Shown here: piece by piece, positions 35,995 through 44,877 of the stretch
Position numbering within the stretch: position 1 is the stretch's first letter
Layout of the letters: every line of letters begins with the position of its first letter
Assembly: GCA_004297205.1 (NCBI GenBank)
Contig: SCUL01000002.1
Location: 594,893 to 658,892 of the forward strand
Source of the DNA: Patescibacteria group bacterium
Lineage (GTDB): Bacteria > Patescibacteriota > Patescibacteriia > 2-12-FULL-57-11
Direction of reading: 5' to 3'
Length of the DNA stretch: 64,000 nucleotides
Position numbers and translations under genes: made by a program
The notes under the pieces: model-generated
Seen by the model: only the letters and a program-made list of their open reading frames with translations
Databases searched by the model: none
Told to the model about the DNA's origin: nothing

Positions 35995-38211
35995 TCAGCG
36001 TCCGCCGCGGAACGGGGGATGTCCGCCGCCGGCGCGCGGGGCCGGGCGCTTGGGCACCTCCACCGGTGCGTCCGGATTTTTGGCCTGGCGGATGGAGAGG
36101 TTGATGCGGCCCATGGAGTCGATCTCCACGACCTTCACCTCGACCTCCTGGCCGGGTTTGACGGCGTCCTCAACGCGTTCCACGCGGCCGTCGGTGAGCT
36201 CGCTGATGTGCACGAGTCCTTCCTGCTTGGGCAGGATCTCGACGAAGGCGCCGAAGGTCATGGTGCGGGTCACCGTTCCCTTGTAGATTTCGCCGACCTT
36301 CACCTCGCGCGTCAGCTGTTTCACCCAGTCCACGGCGCGCTGCATGTTGTCGGCGTTCTTCGAGGTGATCATGACGAGACCGGAATCCTCGATGTCGATC
36401 TGCACGCCGGTGGCGTCGATGATCTCGTTGATCTGCTTGCCGCCCGGGCCGATGACGTTGCGGATCAGCTCCGGGTTGATCATGAAGGAGACGATGCGCG
36501 GCGCGTACGGAGAGAAGTCCGGCCGCGGCTGACTGATCACCTTGTCCATGGCGTCCAAGACTTCCATGCGGCAGTCGCGGGCCTGGGACAGCGTCTTTTC
36601 GATCAGGTCGGAGGAAAGGCCGATCGTCTTCGTATCCAGCTGGATGGCGGTGATGCCGGCGCGGGTTCCGGAAATCTTGAAGTCCATGCCGCCTTTGCCA
36701 TCCTCGAGGTCCTGGAGGTCGGTCAGGACCTTCCACTTGGACATGTCGGGGATGGAAGCGAGGCCCATGGCCACGCCCGCAACCTGGGCCGGGATCGGCA
36801 CGCCGGCGTCCATGAGCGCGAGCGACGAGCCGCAGATCGAGGCTTGCGAGGACGAACCGTTCGAGCCGAGCACTTCGGACACGACGCGGATGGTGTAGGG
36901 GAACTTCTCCTTGTCCTGCGGGACGACCGGCATGAGGGCGCGTTCCGCGAGCGCTCCGTGGCCGATTTCGCGGCGGCCCGGACCGCGGTTGGGGCCGGTT
37001 TCACCGACGCTGTAGGCCGGGAAGTCGTAGTGGTGCATGTAGCGCTTCTTGCCGACGTCTTCCATGCCGTCCATGGTCTGCTCGTCGCCGGGGGAGCCGA
37101 GGGTCAGCACGGACAGCACCTGCGTCTCCCCGCGGGAGAACAGCGCCGAACCGTGGGCGCGCGGCAGCACGCCGACTTCAACGGACAGCGGGCGGACTTC
37201 CGTGATCTTGCGGCCGTCGACGCGCTTGTCTTCCTCCAGAATGGCGCGCGTCACTTCGGCCTCGACCCAGGAGTCGACCTTGCTGACGATCCCCTCGATG
37301 CGGTCCTTGTCCGCGCCCTGTTCGGCGAGGTGCGCCTTGAGCACGTCATGGAGTTTGTCGAGCGCATCAAGCCGCTCACCCTTGGTGATGAGCGGGCCGG
37401 TGAAGAGCGCTTCACGGATTTTGGGCAGGAGCCAGGCGCGGGCTTCGTCGCGTGCCGAAGCGAGCTCGTCCTCGGCCTTCATTTTTTCCTCACCGAGCAA
37501 GGAAACGAGCGTGGCCTTGGGGCGGCCGGCCTTGGCGCGGACGTCGTCCAAAAACTTCGTGACCTCGCGCAGGTGCTTTTGGCCGAAGGCGATGGCCTCG
37601 AGCATGTCCTTTTCCGGGACCTGCTGGGCGTTGGCTTCGATCATCAAGACGCGTTCGCTGGTGCCGGCCACGATCAGATCCATGTCGCTCTTCAGCTTGG
37701 CCTCGAAGGTCGGGTTGATGACCCACTGGCCGTCGATGCGGCCGACCCGGATGCCGCCGATCGGGCCGGTCCAGGGGATGTCGGAAATGGTCAGCGCGGC
37801 CGAAGCGGCGATGAGACCGACGATGTCGGAGTCGTTCTCGAGGTCGGCGGACAGCACCGTCGTCCAGACCTGGATGTCGTTCCTAATGCGGTCCTCAAAG
37901 AGCGGCCGGATCGAGCGGTCGATCATGCGGCCGGTGACGACGGCTTCGTCCGTCGGGCGGCCTTCGCGCTTGATGAAGCGCGAGCTCTTGATTTTGCCGG
38001 CGGCGTAGAGCTTCTCTTCGAAGTCGACCATCAGCGGGAAGAAGCTGATGCCCGAGCGCTGGCCGCCCATGGTGGCGCAGCCCAAGACCACGGTGTCGCC
38101 GTAGCGCACCAGGCAGGAGCCGTTGGCCTGCTTGGCGACTTTGCCGGTCGTGATCGAAAGGGTCCGGCCGCCCCACTGCATTTCGAACGTCTGCGGTGCT
38201 GAATATGGCAT
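35995..38211 (-). CDS. pnp: Polyribonucleotide nucleotidyltransferase (PNPase)
   Basis: Two RNase PH domains, KH and S1 domains (GEIYKGTVTRTMTFGAFVEIL). Start set at MPYSAPQTFEMQW rather than the 27-aa upstream extension. Confidence 0.95.
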   Translation of the reverse strand: MPYSAPQTFEMQWGGRTLSITTGKVAKQANGSCLVRYGDTVVLGCATMGGQRSGISFFPLMVDFEEKLYAAGKIKSSRFIKREGRPTDEAVVTGRMIDRSIRPLFEDRIRNDIQVWTTVLSADLENDSDIVGLIAASAALTISDIPWTGPIGGIRVGRIDGQWVINPTFEAKLKSDMDLIVAGTSERVLMIEANAQQVPEKDMLEAIAFGQKHLREVTKFLDDVRAKAGRPKATLVSLLGEEKMKAEDELASARDEARAWLLPKIREALFTGPLITKGERLDALDKLHDVLKAHLAEQGADKDRIEGIVSKVDSWVEAEVTRAILEEDKRVDGRKITEVRPLSVEVGVLPRAHGSALFSRGETQVLSVLTLGSPGDEQTMDGMEDVGKKRYMHHYDFPAYSVGETGPNRGPGRREIGHGALAERALMPVVPQDKEKFPYTIRVVSEVLGSNGSSSQASICGSSLALMDAGVPIPAQVAGVAMGLASIPDMSKWKVLTDLQDLEDGKGGMDFKISGTRAGITAIQLDTKTIGLSSDLIEKTLSQARDCRMEVLDAMDKVISQPRPDFSPYAPRIVSFMINPELIRNVIGPGGKQINEIIDATGVQIDIEDSGLVMITSKNADNMQRAVDWVKQLTREVKVGEIYKGTVTRTMTFGAFVEILPKQEGLVHISELTDGRVERVEDAVKPGQEVEVKVVEIDSMGRINLSIRQAKNPDAPVEVPKRPAPRAGGGHPPFRGGR

Positions 38212-38319
38212 ATCGCGCGATGCGGTCGCGCGCAGACGTGAGATCTCAGGATCTCCGTGTCTGCGTACGACCCGGGGTTTTCTGCGGGGCACGTCGTGCG
38301 CGCCCCGCGGTAAGTGAGT

Positions 38320-38931
38320 TTAAACGGGAATTTTCTTGCCGCCGCGGATGATCGCCCCATGGCTGCCGTCCGTGCCGGCGTCGTCCGGCGGTTCCTCGCT
38401 CTTCGCCGGCGGGCGCCGGCCCCGTCCGCTGCCGTCGCGGATGAGATAGGCGTCCTGATCGGCCGAGAGGTCGGTGTAGACGTCGGCGCTCTCCACGAGC
38501 TTGGTCGAGCTCGATTCGCGGAACGAGACGACCTCCACCTGGCGGCCCTGGTTGCGCAGGTACTCGACGAGCGGGACGAAGTCGCCGTCGCCCGAGGCGA
38601 TGATCACGACGTCCAAGTTGGCGCTGATGCGGATGGCGTCAACGACGATGCCGACGTCCCAGTCGGCCTTCTTGGCACCGCCGATGAATTCCTGAATTTC
38701 CTTTTCCTTATACTCGATGCCCTGGTGGTAGAGCGCTTCAAAGAACGGTTTTTCCTCGCCGGTCTTGGTGCGTACCACGTAGGCGATGGCGCGGATGAGC
38801 TGGCGGCCTTCGACCGCCTTCTTCACCACTTCGCCGAAGTTCACTTTGGCACCGTACAAGTTACGGGCCGAGTAGTACATGTTTTGGACGTCGATGAAGA
38901 CGCCCACGCGTTGATTCGGATGCTTGATCAT
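38320..38931 (-). CDS. NYN-domain (LabA/DUF88-like PIN-fold) protein
   Basis: VGVFIDVQNMYYS...DVVIIASGDGDFVPLV pattern typical of NYN/LabA proteins. Located between rpsO and pnp. Confidence 0.7.
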   Translation of the reverse strand: MIKHPNQRVGVFIDVQNMYYSARNLYGAKVNFGEVVKKAVEGRQLIRAIAYVVRTKTGEEKPFFEALYHQGIEYKEKEIQEFIGGAKKADWDVGIVVDAIRISANLDVVIIASGDGDFVPLVEYLRNQGRQVEVVSFRESSSTKLVESADVYTDLSADQDAYLIRDGSGRGRRPPAKSEEPPDDAGTDGSHGAIIRGGKKIPV

Positions 38932-38947
38932 AAAAAACGGAAAACGG

Positions 38948-38983
38948 TTGAAAAATCGCACGACCCCGCCATGGCGGGGTCGC
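38948..38983 (-). terminator. Intrinsic terminator 3' of rpsO
   Basis: Minus-strand hairpin CGACCCCGCC-ATGG-CGGGGTCG followed by TGCGATTTTT. Confidence 0.65.
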
Positions 38984-38988
38984 CCTTT

Positions 38989-39252
38989 TTACCTCAGTTT
39001 GAGCTTCTCGGCCAAGTCGGCATAGCCCTTGGCGTCTTCGCGCTCCAGGTAGCGGAGCAGCCGATGACGTTCGCCGACCTTCTTGAGCAGACCGCGGCGG
39101 GAGCTGTGGTCCTTCTTGTGGTCCTTCAGGTGGCCGGAGAGTTCCTCGATCTCCGCCGAAAGGATGGCGATTTGGACCTGCGGCGAGCCAGTGTCCTTGG
39201 CGTGCGTCTTGTACTTCTCGATGATCTTCTCTTTCTTGGCTTTGTCCAACAT
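38989..39252 (-). CDS. rpsO: 30S ribosomal protein S15
   Basis: The [29 protein letters not shown]...[29 protein letters not shown] pattern of S15. Confidence 0.9.
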   Translation of the reverse strand: MLDKAKKEKIIEKYKTHAKDTGSPQVQIAILSAEIEELSGHLKDHKKDHSSRRGLLKKVGERHRLLRYLEREDAKGYADLAEKLKLR

Positions 39253-39389
39253 GGGGATGATCCGGGGACGCCCAGCAATCGCCAAGCGGCCCTAAAGAAT
39301 GAACGGCCGCAGCATAGCAGGGGAGGCGCCCATCGTCAACCCTCGCTGCAGGGCGGTATCTGTCGTACAATATCCATTGTCCCGACTCT

Positions 39390-40367
39390 ATGGCAGTACC
39401 GAACATCCGCACCTTGCTCGAGCAGTTCCTCGACCACCTGGAGATCGAGAAGAACCGTTCCTTGCGCACCCGCACCAACTACCAGTTTTACCTGGCGCGT
39501 TTCTTTGATTGGGCCAAGAGTCAGAACGCCAACAAAGACGTGACACCCGCCGGCATCTCCGACGAGTTGGTGCGCGAATTCCGTCTCTGGCTGAACCGCG
39601 TCAAGAACGGCCGCGGTGAAGAGCTCAAAAAGAACACCCAAAATTACCACCTCATCGCCCTGCGCGCTTTCCTGAAGTACCTCGCGAAGCGCGACGTAAA
39701 ATCCTTGCCTGCCGAAAAGATCGAGCTCGGCAAAATGCCGGAGCGCATGGTGGCCTTTCTCGAAGCCACCGACCTGGAGCGTCTCTTGGCGGCGCCGCTC
39801 AAAGACGGCTCGGAGGGGAAGGCCGATGTCATCCGTCTGCGCGACAAGGCCATTCTTGAATTGCTGTTCTCGACCGGGCTGCGCGTCTCGGAATTGGCCG
39901 GCCTCCAGAAAGAGGAGCTCCACCTCGACCGCGACGAGTTCTCGGTGCGCGGCAAAGGCCGCAAAGTCCGCATCGTCTTCCTGTCCGAGCAGGCCAAGTA
40001 TTGGATCAAGCAGTACCTGGAGAAGCGCCGCGACGTTTCGCCGTTCCTGTTCGTAGCCCACGACCGCGCCCAGAAGGGGCGGGACGACGTGGACGCCTCG
40101 GGACTCACGCCGCGCTCCGTGGAGCGGCTCGTGGAGCGCTACAGCCGTGCCGCCGGCATCCCGAAGCACATCACGCCGCATTCGCTCCGCCACACCTTCG
40201 CTACCGACCTGCTCATGAACGGCGCCGACATCCGTTCCGTGCAGACGCTCTTGGGCCACGCTTCGATCACCACGACCCAGATCTACACCCACATCACCAA
40301 CCAGCAGCTCAAGGAAGTGCATCAGGCCTTTCATGCCGCCAGACGCGGGAAGAAGGGGAAGGGTTGA
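39390..40367 (+). CDS. Tyrosine recombinase, XerC/XerD family
   Basis: N-terminal core-binding domain, catalytic R...HxxR...Y (RHTFATDLL...LGHASITTTQIYTHI). Confidence 0.85.
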   Translation: MAVPNIRTLLEQFLDHLEIEKNRSLRTRTNYQFYLARFFDWAKSQNANKDVTPAGISDELVREFRLWLNRVKNGRGEELKKNTQNYHLIALRAFLKYLAKRDVKSLPAEKIELGKMPERMVAFLEATDLERLLAAPLKDGSEGKADVIRLRDKAILELLFSTGLRVSELAGLQKEELHLDRDEFSVRGKGRKVRIVFLSEQAKYWIKQYLEKRRDVSPFLFVAHDRAQKGRDDVDASGLTPRSVERLVERYSRAAGIPKHITPHSLRHTFATDLLMNGADIRSVQTLLGHASITTTQIYTHITNQQLKEVHQAFHAARRGKKGKG

Positions 40368-40409
40368 CGCGGCGGCCGTTTTCCTGTATAAGGCAGTCGG
40401 AGGCTGTGA

Positions 40410-40787
40410 ATGAAGATCCAGTGGTTGGTTCTCGCCGTTGTCTGGATGGCGTGTGGTGCAGGATGCGACTGGTCGCCACGTGCTCCGACCCCGTCGCCGA
40501 CGGCTGTGACGGCCCCCGAGCCGCCCGACGCCGATCGGATGTACCAAATCGTCCAACCGATTCCGTCGGAGGAGGGCGACGGAGTCCAGGCCGTCGTTTC
40601 CGTGACGGTCGGGCACCACAGTGTGCAATACGGGGACAGGGACCTGACTCGGATGTTCGTCTATCGGGACGAGGAACGTCGTACTACCTGCTACGTCGCT
40701 GTCGAGAGTACGCACAGCCACACCGGCGTCTCGTGCGTTCCCGACGCGACGCGCCTTGCGGCGGAGACCGATTCGAGCGGACGCTGA
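40410..40787 (+). CDS. Small lipoprotein, hypothetical
   Basis: Signal peptide with lipobox (VWMACGAGC). GGAGG RBS. Confidence 0.55.
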   Translation: MKIQWLVLAVVWMACGAGCDWSPRAPTPSPTAVTAPEPPDADRMYQIVQPIPSEEGDGVQAVVSVTVGHHSVQYGDRDLTRMFVYRDEERRTTCYVAVESTHSHTGVSCVPDATRLAAETDSSGR

Positions 40788-40838
40788 TTGCAGCGTCGCT
40801 CTCTTTTTTTTCGCTCCTTTGTTATATTGCGCTCGCGT

Positions 40839-40915
40839 GCCCCGGTAGCTCAACCGGATAGAGCAACTCGTTTCTACCGAGAAGGTTGGGGGTTCGACTC
40901 CCTCCCGGGGCACCA
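40839..40915 (+). tRNA. tRNA-Arg (anticodon TCT)
   Basis: Cloverleaf GCCCCGGTAGCTCAACCGGATAGAGC...TTTCTAC...GGTTCGACTCCCTCCCGGGGCACCA. Confidence 0.75.
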
Positions 40916-40943
40916 CATCGTTTGCTACTTGTCTTTCGATCGC

Positions 40944-41828
40944 ATGGCGCTCCTCTTCGTTGGGCTCATGCTTGGCGGCACGTTTGCCCTCGGGGCGAGC
41001 GATGTCCTCAAGAAGAAATACCTAAAAGACGGTCTCGATGATCAGGCCTTGCTTACGATCACGTTGTTCTTGACAGGCGTTCTGCCGGTGCCGGTGCTGC
41101 TGATCGTCGGGATTCCAGAAATCAAAGAGGGATTTTGGCTTGCGGCCGCCACGACGATCCTGTTGAACGTCATTTCGCAGAATTTGTTCATCCGCGCTTT
41201 CAAATTGAGCGATGCGTCGCTCGTCGCACCCCTGCGTCTCATCATCCCCCCGCTGGTCATCGTCACGGGTTTCGTGTTTTTGCGCGAGACGCCTTCCCTC
41301 ATCGGGACGGTCGGCATTTTCGTGACGATGGTCGGCCTGTGGTTCCTTCTGGGCGGCAGGAAAAAAGACGGACAGCCTGTCCACCAGGTCTGGTTGAAGG
41401 ATCGCGGTGTCGCGTACGGTCTGGCCGGTTCCCTCCTGTTCGCGATCTCTTTTCCGTTCGACAAGATCACCGTGGTGACGTCTTCGGCGATCTTTGCGAC
41501 TTGTTCGGTGTTTAGCGTGCTCGGTCTTTGCACGTTCGCGATCAACGTCGTCCGGGACCGGACGTTTGCGCGGAAAGTGTTCCTGTCCTGCACGCAGCAC
41601 CTTACGGCGAATGTCATGGTCTCGGTTTTCAGCGCGGTCGGCATCGTGATGACGAACCAGGCCTTGAACTATTCTCTGGTGGCATATGCGTCGAGCCTGA
41701 AGCGGCTTCAGGCGCTCTGGACGGTGATCATCGCCGGGAAGTTCCTCCAGGAAAAAGAAATGAAACGGCGGGTGATCGCGACGGTCATCATGTTCCTCGG
41801 CATTCTTCTTTCCGTTTTTTGGAAATGA
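40944..41828 (+). CDS. EamA/DMT-family transporter
   Basis: Ten predicted TM helices with two EamA-like repeats. Start set after the tRNA (the track ORF reads through the tRNA). Confidence 0.7.
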   Translation: MALLFVGLMLGGTFALGASDVLKKKYLKDGLDDQALLTITLFLTGVLPVPVLLIVGIPEIKEGFWLAAATTILLNVISQNLFIRAFKLSDASLVAPLRLIIPPLVIVTGFVFLRETPSLIGTVGIFVTMVGLWFLLGGRKKDGQPVHQVWLKDRGVAYGLAGSLLFAISFPFDKITVVTSSAIFATCSVFSVLGLCTFAINVVRDRTFARKVFLSCTQHLTANVMVSVFSAVGIVMTNQALNYSLVAYASSLKRLQALWTVIIAGKFLQEKEMKRRVIATVIMFLGILLSVFWK

Positions 41829-41832
41829 AATG

Positions 41833-41866
41833 AAAACGCCCCCGCCTTGGCGGGGGCGTTTTTGTT
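41833..41866. terminator. Bidirectional terminator
   Basis: GCCCCCGCC-TTG-GCGGGGGC hairpin with flanking A-runs and T-runs. Confidence 0.7.
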
Positions 41867-41875
41867 CTGCGAAAG

Positions 41876-42589
41876 TTATTCCGTGACGCGGAACGTGGCG
41901 ATGATCGTGTCGAGCTGCGCCTGATATTCATCCAGAATGAACAGGGAGCGGCCGCTCGCGAAGCTCAGCACCAGTTCCTTCTTGGCAAAGGCGTCGGCGC
42001 AGACCGGATCGGTGTCCATGCACGTAGCAGGGTTGTGCGTAACTTTTCGGAAGATGATGGCCACGGTGCGGCTGCCAATATTCGTGGTGTAGATGTCCAC
42101 GTGGCCGAACCCGTCAGCAAAGGGGTTTCCCAGGCTGGCGTGGCAGAACTCGCGACCGCCGACCGAGACATACTCCTCGGTGTCCCCTTGCCGTCCGGGC
42201 ATCGACGCAAAAATGATCGAGTAGCAACCGCCCTGGAGGTACTCCTGTCGGAGGAGCGTAGCGGTGTCGATGAGTTTCACTTCCCACTCCGGCGCGTATT
42301 TCCCCTTGGTCGGTGTCTGGAAGGAGAAGCCGAGCGCTTTGTTCGTGTAGGTCTTCCAGGTGCCGTCGATGCCGCTTGCGGCGGGCAGAGTACGGACGCC
42401 GGATGCCGGTGTCGGCACGTTCACGTTCACGTTCGCGGTAGTTGGCGCGTTGGTGTTAGTCGTTGCGGCTGGAATATTGGCCGCCGGACGGTTGGCGGTC
42501 GCTGTGTTTGCGGCGGGTGCTGCAGCGCGGTTGCAACCGGCACCGACGAGGAGCAGGCCGGCGAGAGCAAATGAAAGAGGGGTGCGCAT
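41876..42589 (-). CDS. Secreted lipoprotein, hypothetical (237 aa)
   Basis: Signal peptide MRTPLSFALAGLLLVGAGC (lipobox). Ala/Asn/Thr-rich linker then a globular domain. The upstream track extension has no signal-peptide logic. Confidence 0.55.
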   Translation of the reverse strand: MRTPLSFALAGLLLVGAGCNRAAAPAANTATANRPAANIPAATTNTNAPTTANVNVNVPTPASGVRTLPAASGIDGTWKTYTNKALGFSFQTPTKGKYAPEWEVKLIDTATLLRQEYLQGGCYSIIFASMPGRQGDTEEYVSVGGREFCHASLGNPFADGFGHVDIYTTNIGSRTVAIIFRKVTHNPATCMDTDPVCADAFAKKELVLSFASGRSLFILDEYQAQLDTIIATFRVTE

Positions 42590-42718
42590 ATGCCCCCAGA
42601 ATATCGCATCGCGGCGGTTTGGCAACCGTTCCCGTTCTATCCCCTTGACGGTCTGCGCCGGCTGCGATATACCGTGAGCCATCGGCCCAAAAGAAAAGCC
42701 GCAAACGACTTGTGACCT

Positions 42719-43147
42719 ATGCGCGAAGAAGCAGAAGCATCCTTGGATGAAATCTTCTCCGATGCGGGCGTCGCCGAAGACGACGAGCTCCGCGATCGGG
42801 CCCAGCGGGTGGTTGATATGCTCCCCGAGTATATTGACCAGGAGGACATCGATGGGTTCGTCTCCTTCATCCGCGAAGAGACCTCGGCCTACGGCAACGA
42901 GCGCGCGCTGATTGCCGGCGTGCTCGACCTGCTGCTCGCTCAAGGCGACGTCACGCCGGAGTTCGTGAAGAGCATCAACGCCTTCTTCGAACAGGAGCTG
43001 GCCGTCGCCGCCAAAGAGGCAAGCGATGAAGACGAGGAAGAGTTGGAAGACGAAGACGATGAGGACGACGATGAAGAGGACGAGGAAGAGGAAAAGGCGA
43101 TCGCGGGAGAAGTGCCCGCGCTCGACCTCGGCGCCGAAGCGGCGTAA
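42719..43147 (+). CDS. Highly acidic protein (Asp/Glu-rich tail), hypothetical
   Basis: 142-aa ORF; the C-terminus is poly-acidic (EDEEELEDEDDEDDDEEDEEEE). Confidence 0.45.
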   Translation: MREEAEASLDEIFSDAGVAEDDELRDRAQRVVDMLPEYIDQEDIDGFVSFIREETSAYGNERALIAGVLDLLLAQGDVTPEFVKSINAFFEQELAVAAKEASDEDEEELEDEDDEDDDEEDEEEEKAIAGEVPALDLGAEAA

Positions 43148-43182
43148 CGGACAATCAGAGCCCCGCCACGGCGGGGCTTTAC

Positions 43183-43258
43183 GGTGGCCATGGTGTAACG
43201 GTTAGCACAGAAGCTTGTGGAGCTTTTAGCGAGGGTTCGATTCCCTCTGGCCACCCCA
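43183..43258 (+). tRNA. tRNA-His (anticodon GTG) with encoded G-1 and CCA
   Basis: G-1 pairs with C73. Acceptor GTGGCCA/TGGCCAC, anticodon loop TTGTGGA, T arm GAGGG-TTCGATT-CCCTC. Confidence 0.8.
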
Positions 43259-43261
43259 GAG

Positions 43262-43293
43262 AAAAGCACTCCTCATCGAGGGGTGTTTTTCTC
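43262..43293 (+). terminator. Intrinsic terminator after tRNA-His
   Basis: CACTCCTC-ATC-GAGGGGTG hairpin followed by TTTTTCTC. Confidence 0.6.
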
Positions 43294-43388
43294 TTTGATG
43301 GGCGGGAATCGAACAGAGGGGGGTCGGGGGAGAACGTCTCCCCCGTGGAGGAAGCCTTGAAACCGAAAGGTTTCAAAAGCGAACGAAG

Positions 43389-43408
43389 TGAGCGCGTGAG
43401 ATTCCCTC
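43389..43408 (+). repeat. 20-bp exact direct repeat of the tRNA-His 3' end (GATTCCCTCTGGCCACCCCA)
   Basis: Identical to 43239..43258; the copy is embedded in a degenerate duplicate of the T arm, followed by its own terminator hairpin at 43410-43439. Confidence 0.7.
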
Positions 43409-43484
43409 TGGCCACCCCACAAAAACACGACCCATACGGGTCGTGTTTTTGTGTCGCTGGACGGGCAGGGCATGCGTCTCTACC

Positions 43485-44156
43485 ATGGTTCTCGTTATGC
43501 ATGCACAACCAGACCGGCACGCCGCTTTTGAATCTCAAAGGCAACGGCTTGAGGAGCGAAAAGCCGGATCGCCTCGGTATGAATCCGTGTGCGGTACGGA
43601 GTTCCTCGTCCTTCCCGGCGTATACGACACCAGCGTCGACACTGAGCTCATGGCAGAGAGTGTCGTCATCAGCGCGACCGATCGGTTCTTGGAGATCGGG
43701 TGCGGGTGCGGCGCCGTCAGTCTGCTGTTGGCGCCGCGCTGCGCGGGCGGGGTTGCCACGGACATCAACCCTTTGGCCGTGCGCAATGCGGAAGCGAATG
43801 CCGAGCGGCTTGGCGTCCGGAGCGTGGGGTTCGTTCGTGGAGATGGGTATGCGGGAGTCATGGAAAAGTTTGATGTGCTCCTTTGCAACCCGCCGTACAG
43901 CGACAATCCTGTGCGCGACGAGATCGAACGGATGTTCTGGGATCCGTCCGACCATCTCAAACGGATGTTCTTCGAAGGTGCGCGAGCACATCTCCTCCCA
44001 GGAGGTCGCGTGTATTTCGGATGGGCGGATTTCGCGGATATCGATGCGGACCTGCCGCTACGGCTTGCCGAGCAGAACGGTTTTTCGCTGCGCAGGACAC
44101 ATGAGCGACGTTCACGCAGCGGAAGGCATCAGTTCCTCGTACTGGAGTTCGCATAA
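43485..44156 (+). CDS. Class I SAM-dependent methyltransferase (methyltransferase small domain, NPPY motif)
   Basis: GxGxG-like EIGCGCGAVS, LLCNPPY motif typical of RsmC/RsmD/PrmC-type N-methyltransferases. Confidence 0.7.
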   Translation: MVLVMHAQPDRHAAFESQRQRLEERKAGSPRYESVCGTEFLVLPGVYDTSVDTELMAESVVISATDRFLEIGCGCGAVSLLLAPRCAGGVATDINPLAVRNAEANAERLGVRSVGFVRGDGYAGVMEKFDVLLCNPPYSDNPVRDEIERMFWDPSDHLKRMFFEGARAHLLPGGRVYFGWADFADIDADLPLRLAEQNGFSLRRTHERRSRSGRHQFLVLEFA

Positions 44157-44269
44157 TCGGCTGCCTCAGCAAGAACCGACCTTTGCATGGGTCGGTTTTT
44201 GGTTGTCCACGTGGCTCCTCCCGGTTGACTTTGCGGTTCGTTTCTGTTAGATCAGGAAGAGGAGGAGCG

Positions 44270-44794
44270 ATGACGTGGTTCGTGCTTCTGTCGGGTGCGG
44301 TGGTGTTGGCGCTGGGTTCGCTGCTCAGGGCGGTATACAACCGCCCGGACCGCAAGCTGCGGCGCGAGATTCGACGGGCCGCCTGGGACATCCGTGAAAA
44401 AGTCGAGGCGATCGAAGGCGAGGAAGAGGAGTTGCGGTATCTGTTGAGCGACGCGTTCCTCGATAAGGTTCGCAGCGGCAGTATCGCGGACCAGTTCGAG
44501 AGAGTTTCACGTCCGGAGAATGACGATGAGGCTGCCCGCGAGCGGCAAAAGTTCGTGGACGGAGCACGAGCGCAGCTGAAGCTGTACCGTTTCCAACTGA
44601 AGGGAATGGTGGGTACCTCGAAGCGTCTCCTTACGCGGTATCATGCCCAATGCCGCGTCTCCTCGGTCGTCGACGGCTACCGCGGTGCACCCGCATTCCC
44701 GAGGGTTCGCGTCGAGCCGGCCGTTGAGGAGGTTGAGGAGATGGAGGGGCTGCTCGACCGTATCGAGCGCAAGGAGTTGGCCGCCGATTCCTGA
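44270..44794 (+). CDS. Hypothetical membrane-anchored coiled-coil protein (174 aa)
   Basis: GAGGAGGAG RBS before the ATG at 44270. N-terminal TM helix then a charged helical region. Confidence 0.5.
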   Translation: MTWFVLLSGAVVLALGSLLRAVYNRPDRKLRREIRRAAWDIREKVEAIEGEEEELRYLLSDAFLDKVRSGSIADQFERVSRPENDDEAARERQKFVDGARAQLKLYRFQLKGMVGTSKRLLTRYHAQCRVSSVVDGYRGAPAFPRVRVEPAVEEVEEMEGLLDRIERKELAADS

Positions 44795-44877
44795 ACGCCG
44801 CGCAGCCTACGCTGCGGAGCCGCCGGCGGGGGGAGTCGGCGTTTTTCTTTTGCCGGCATGTTACGATACCTTCGCCT

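Noticed and set aside
39390-40367. Prophage or integrative element defined by the tyrosine recombinase
   Set aside because: The recombinase has typical XerC/XerD architecture. No phage structural, replication or excisionase genes are nearby. Only the tRNA-His 3' duplication hints at past integration, which is reported separately as a low-confidence relic.
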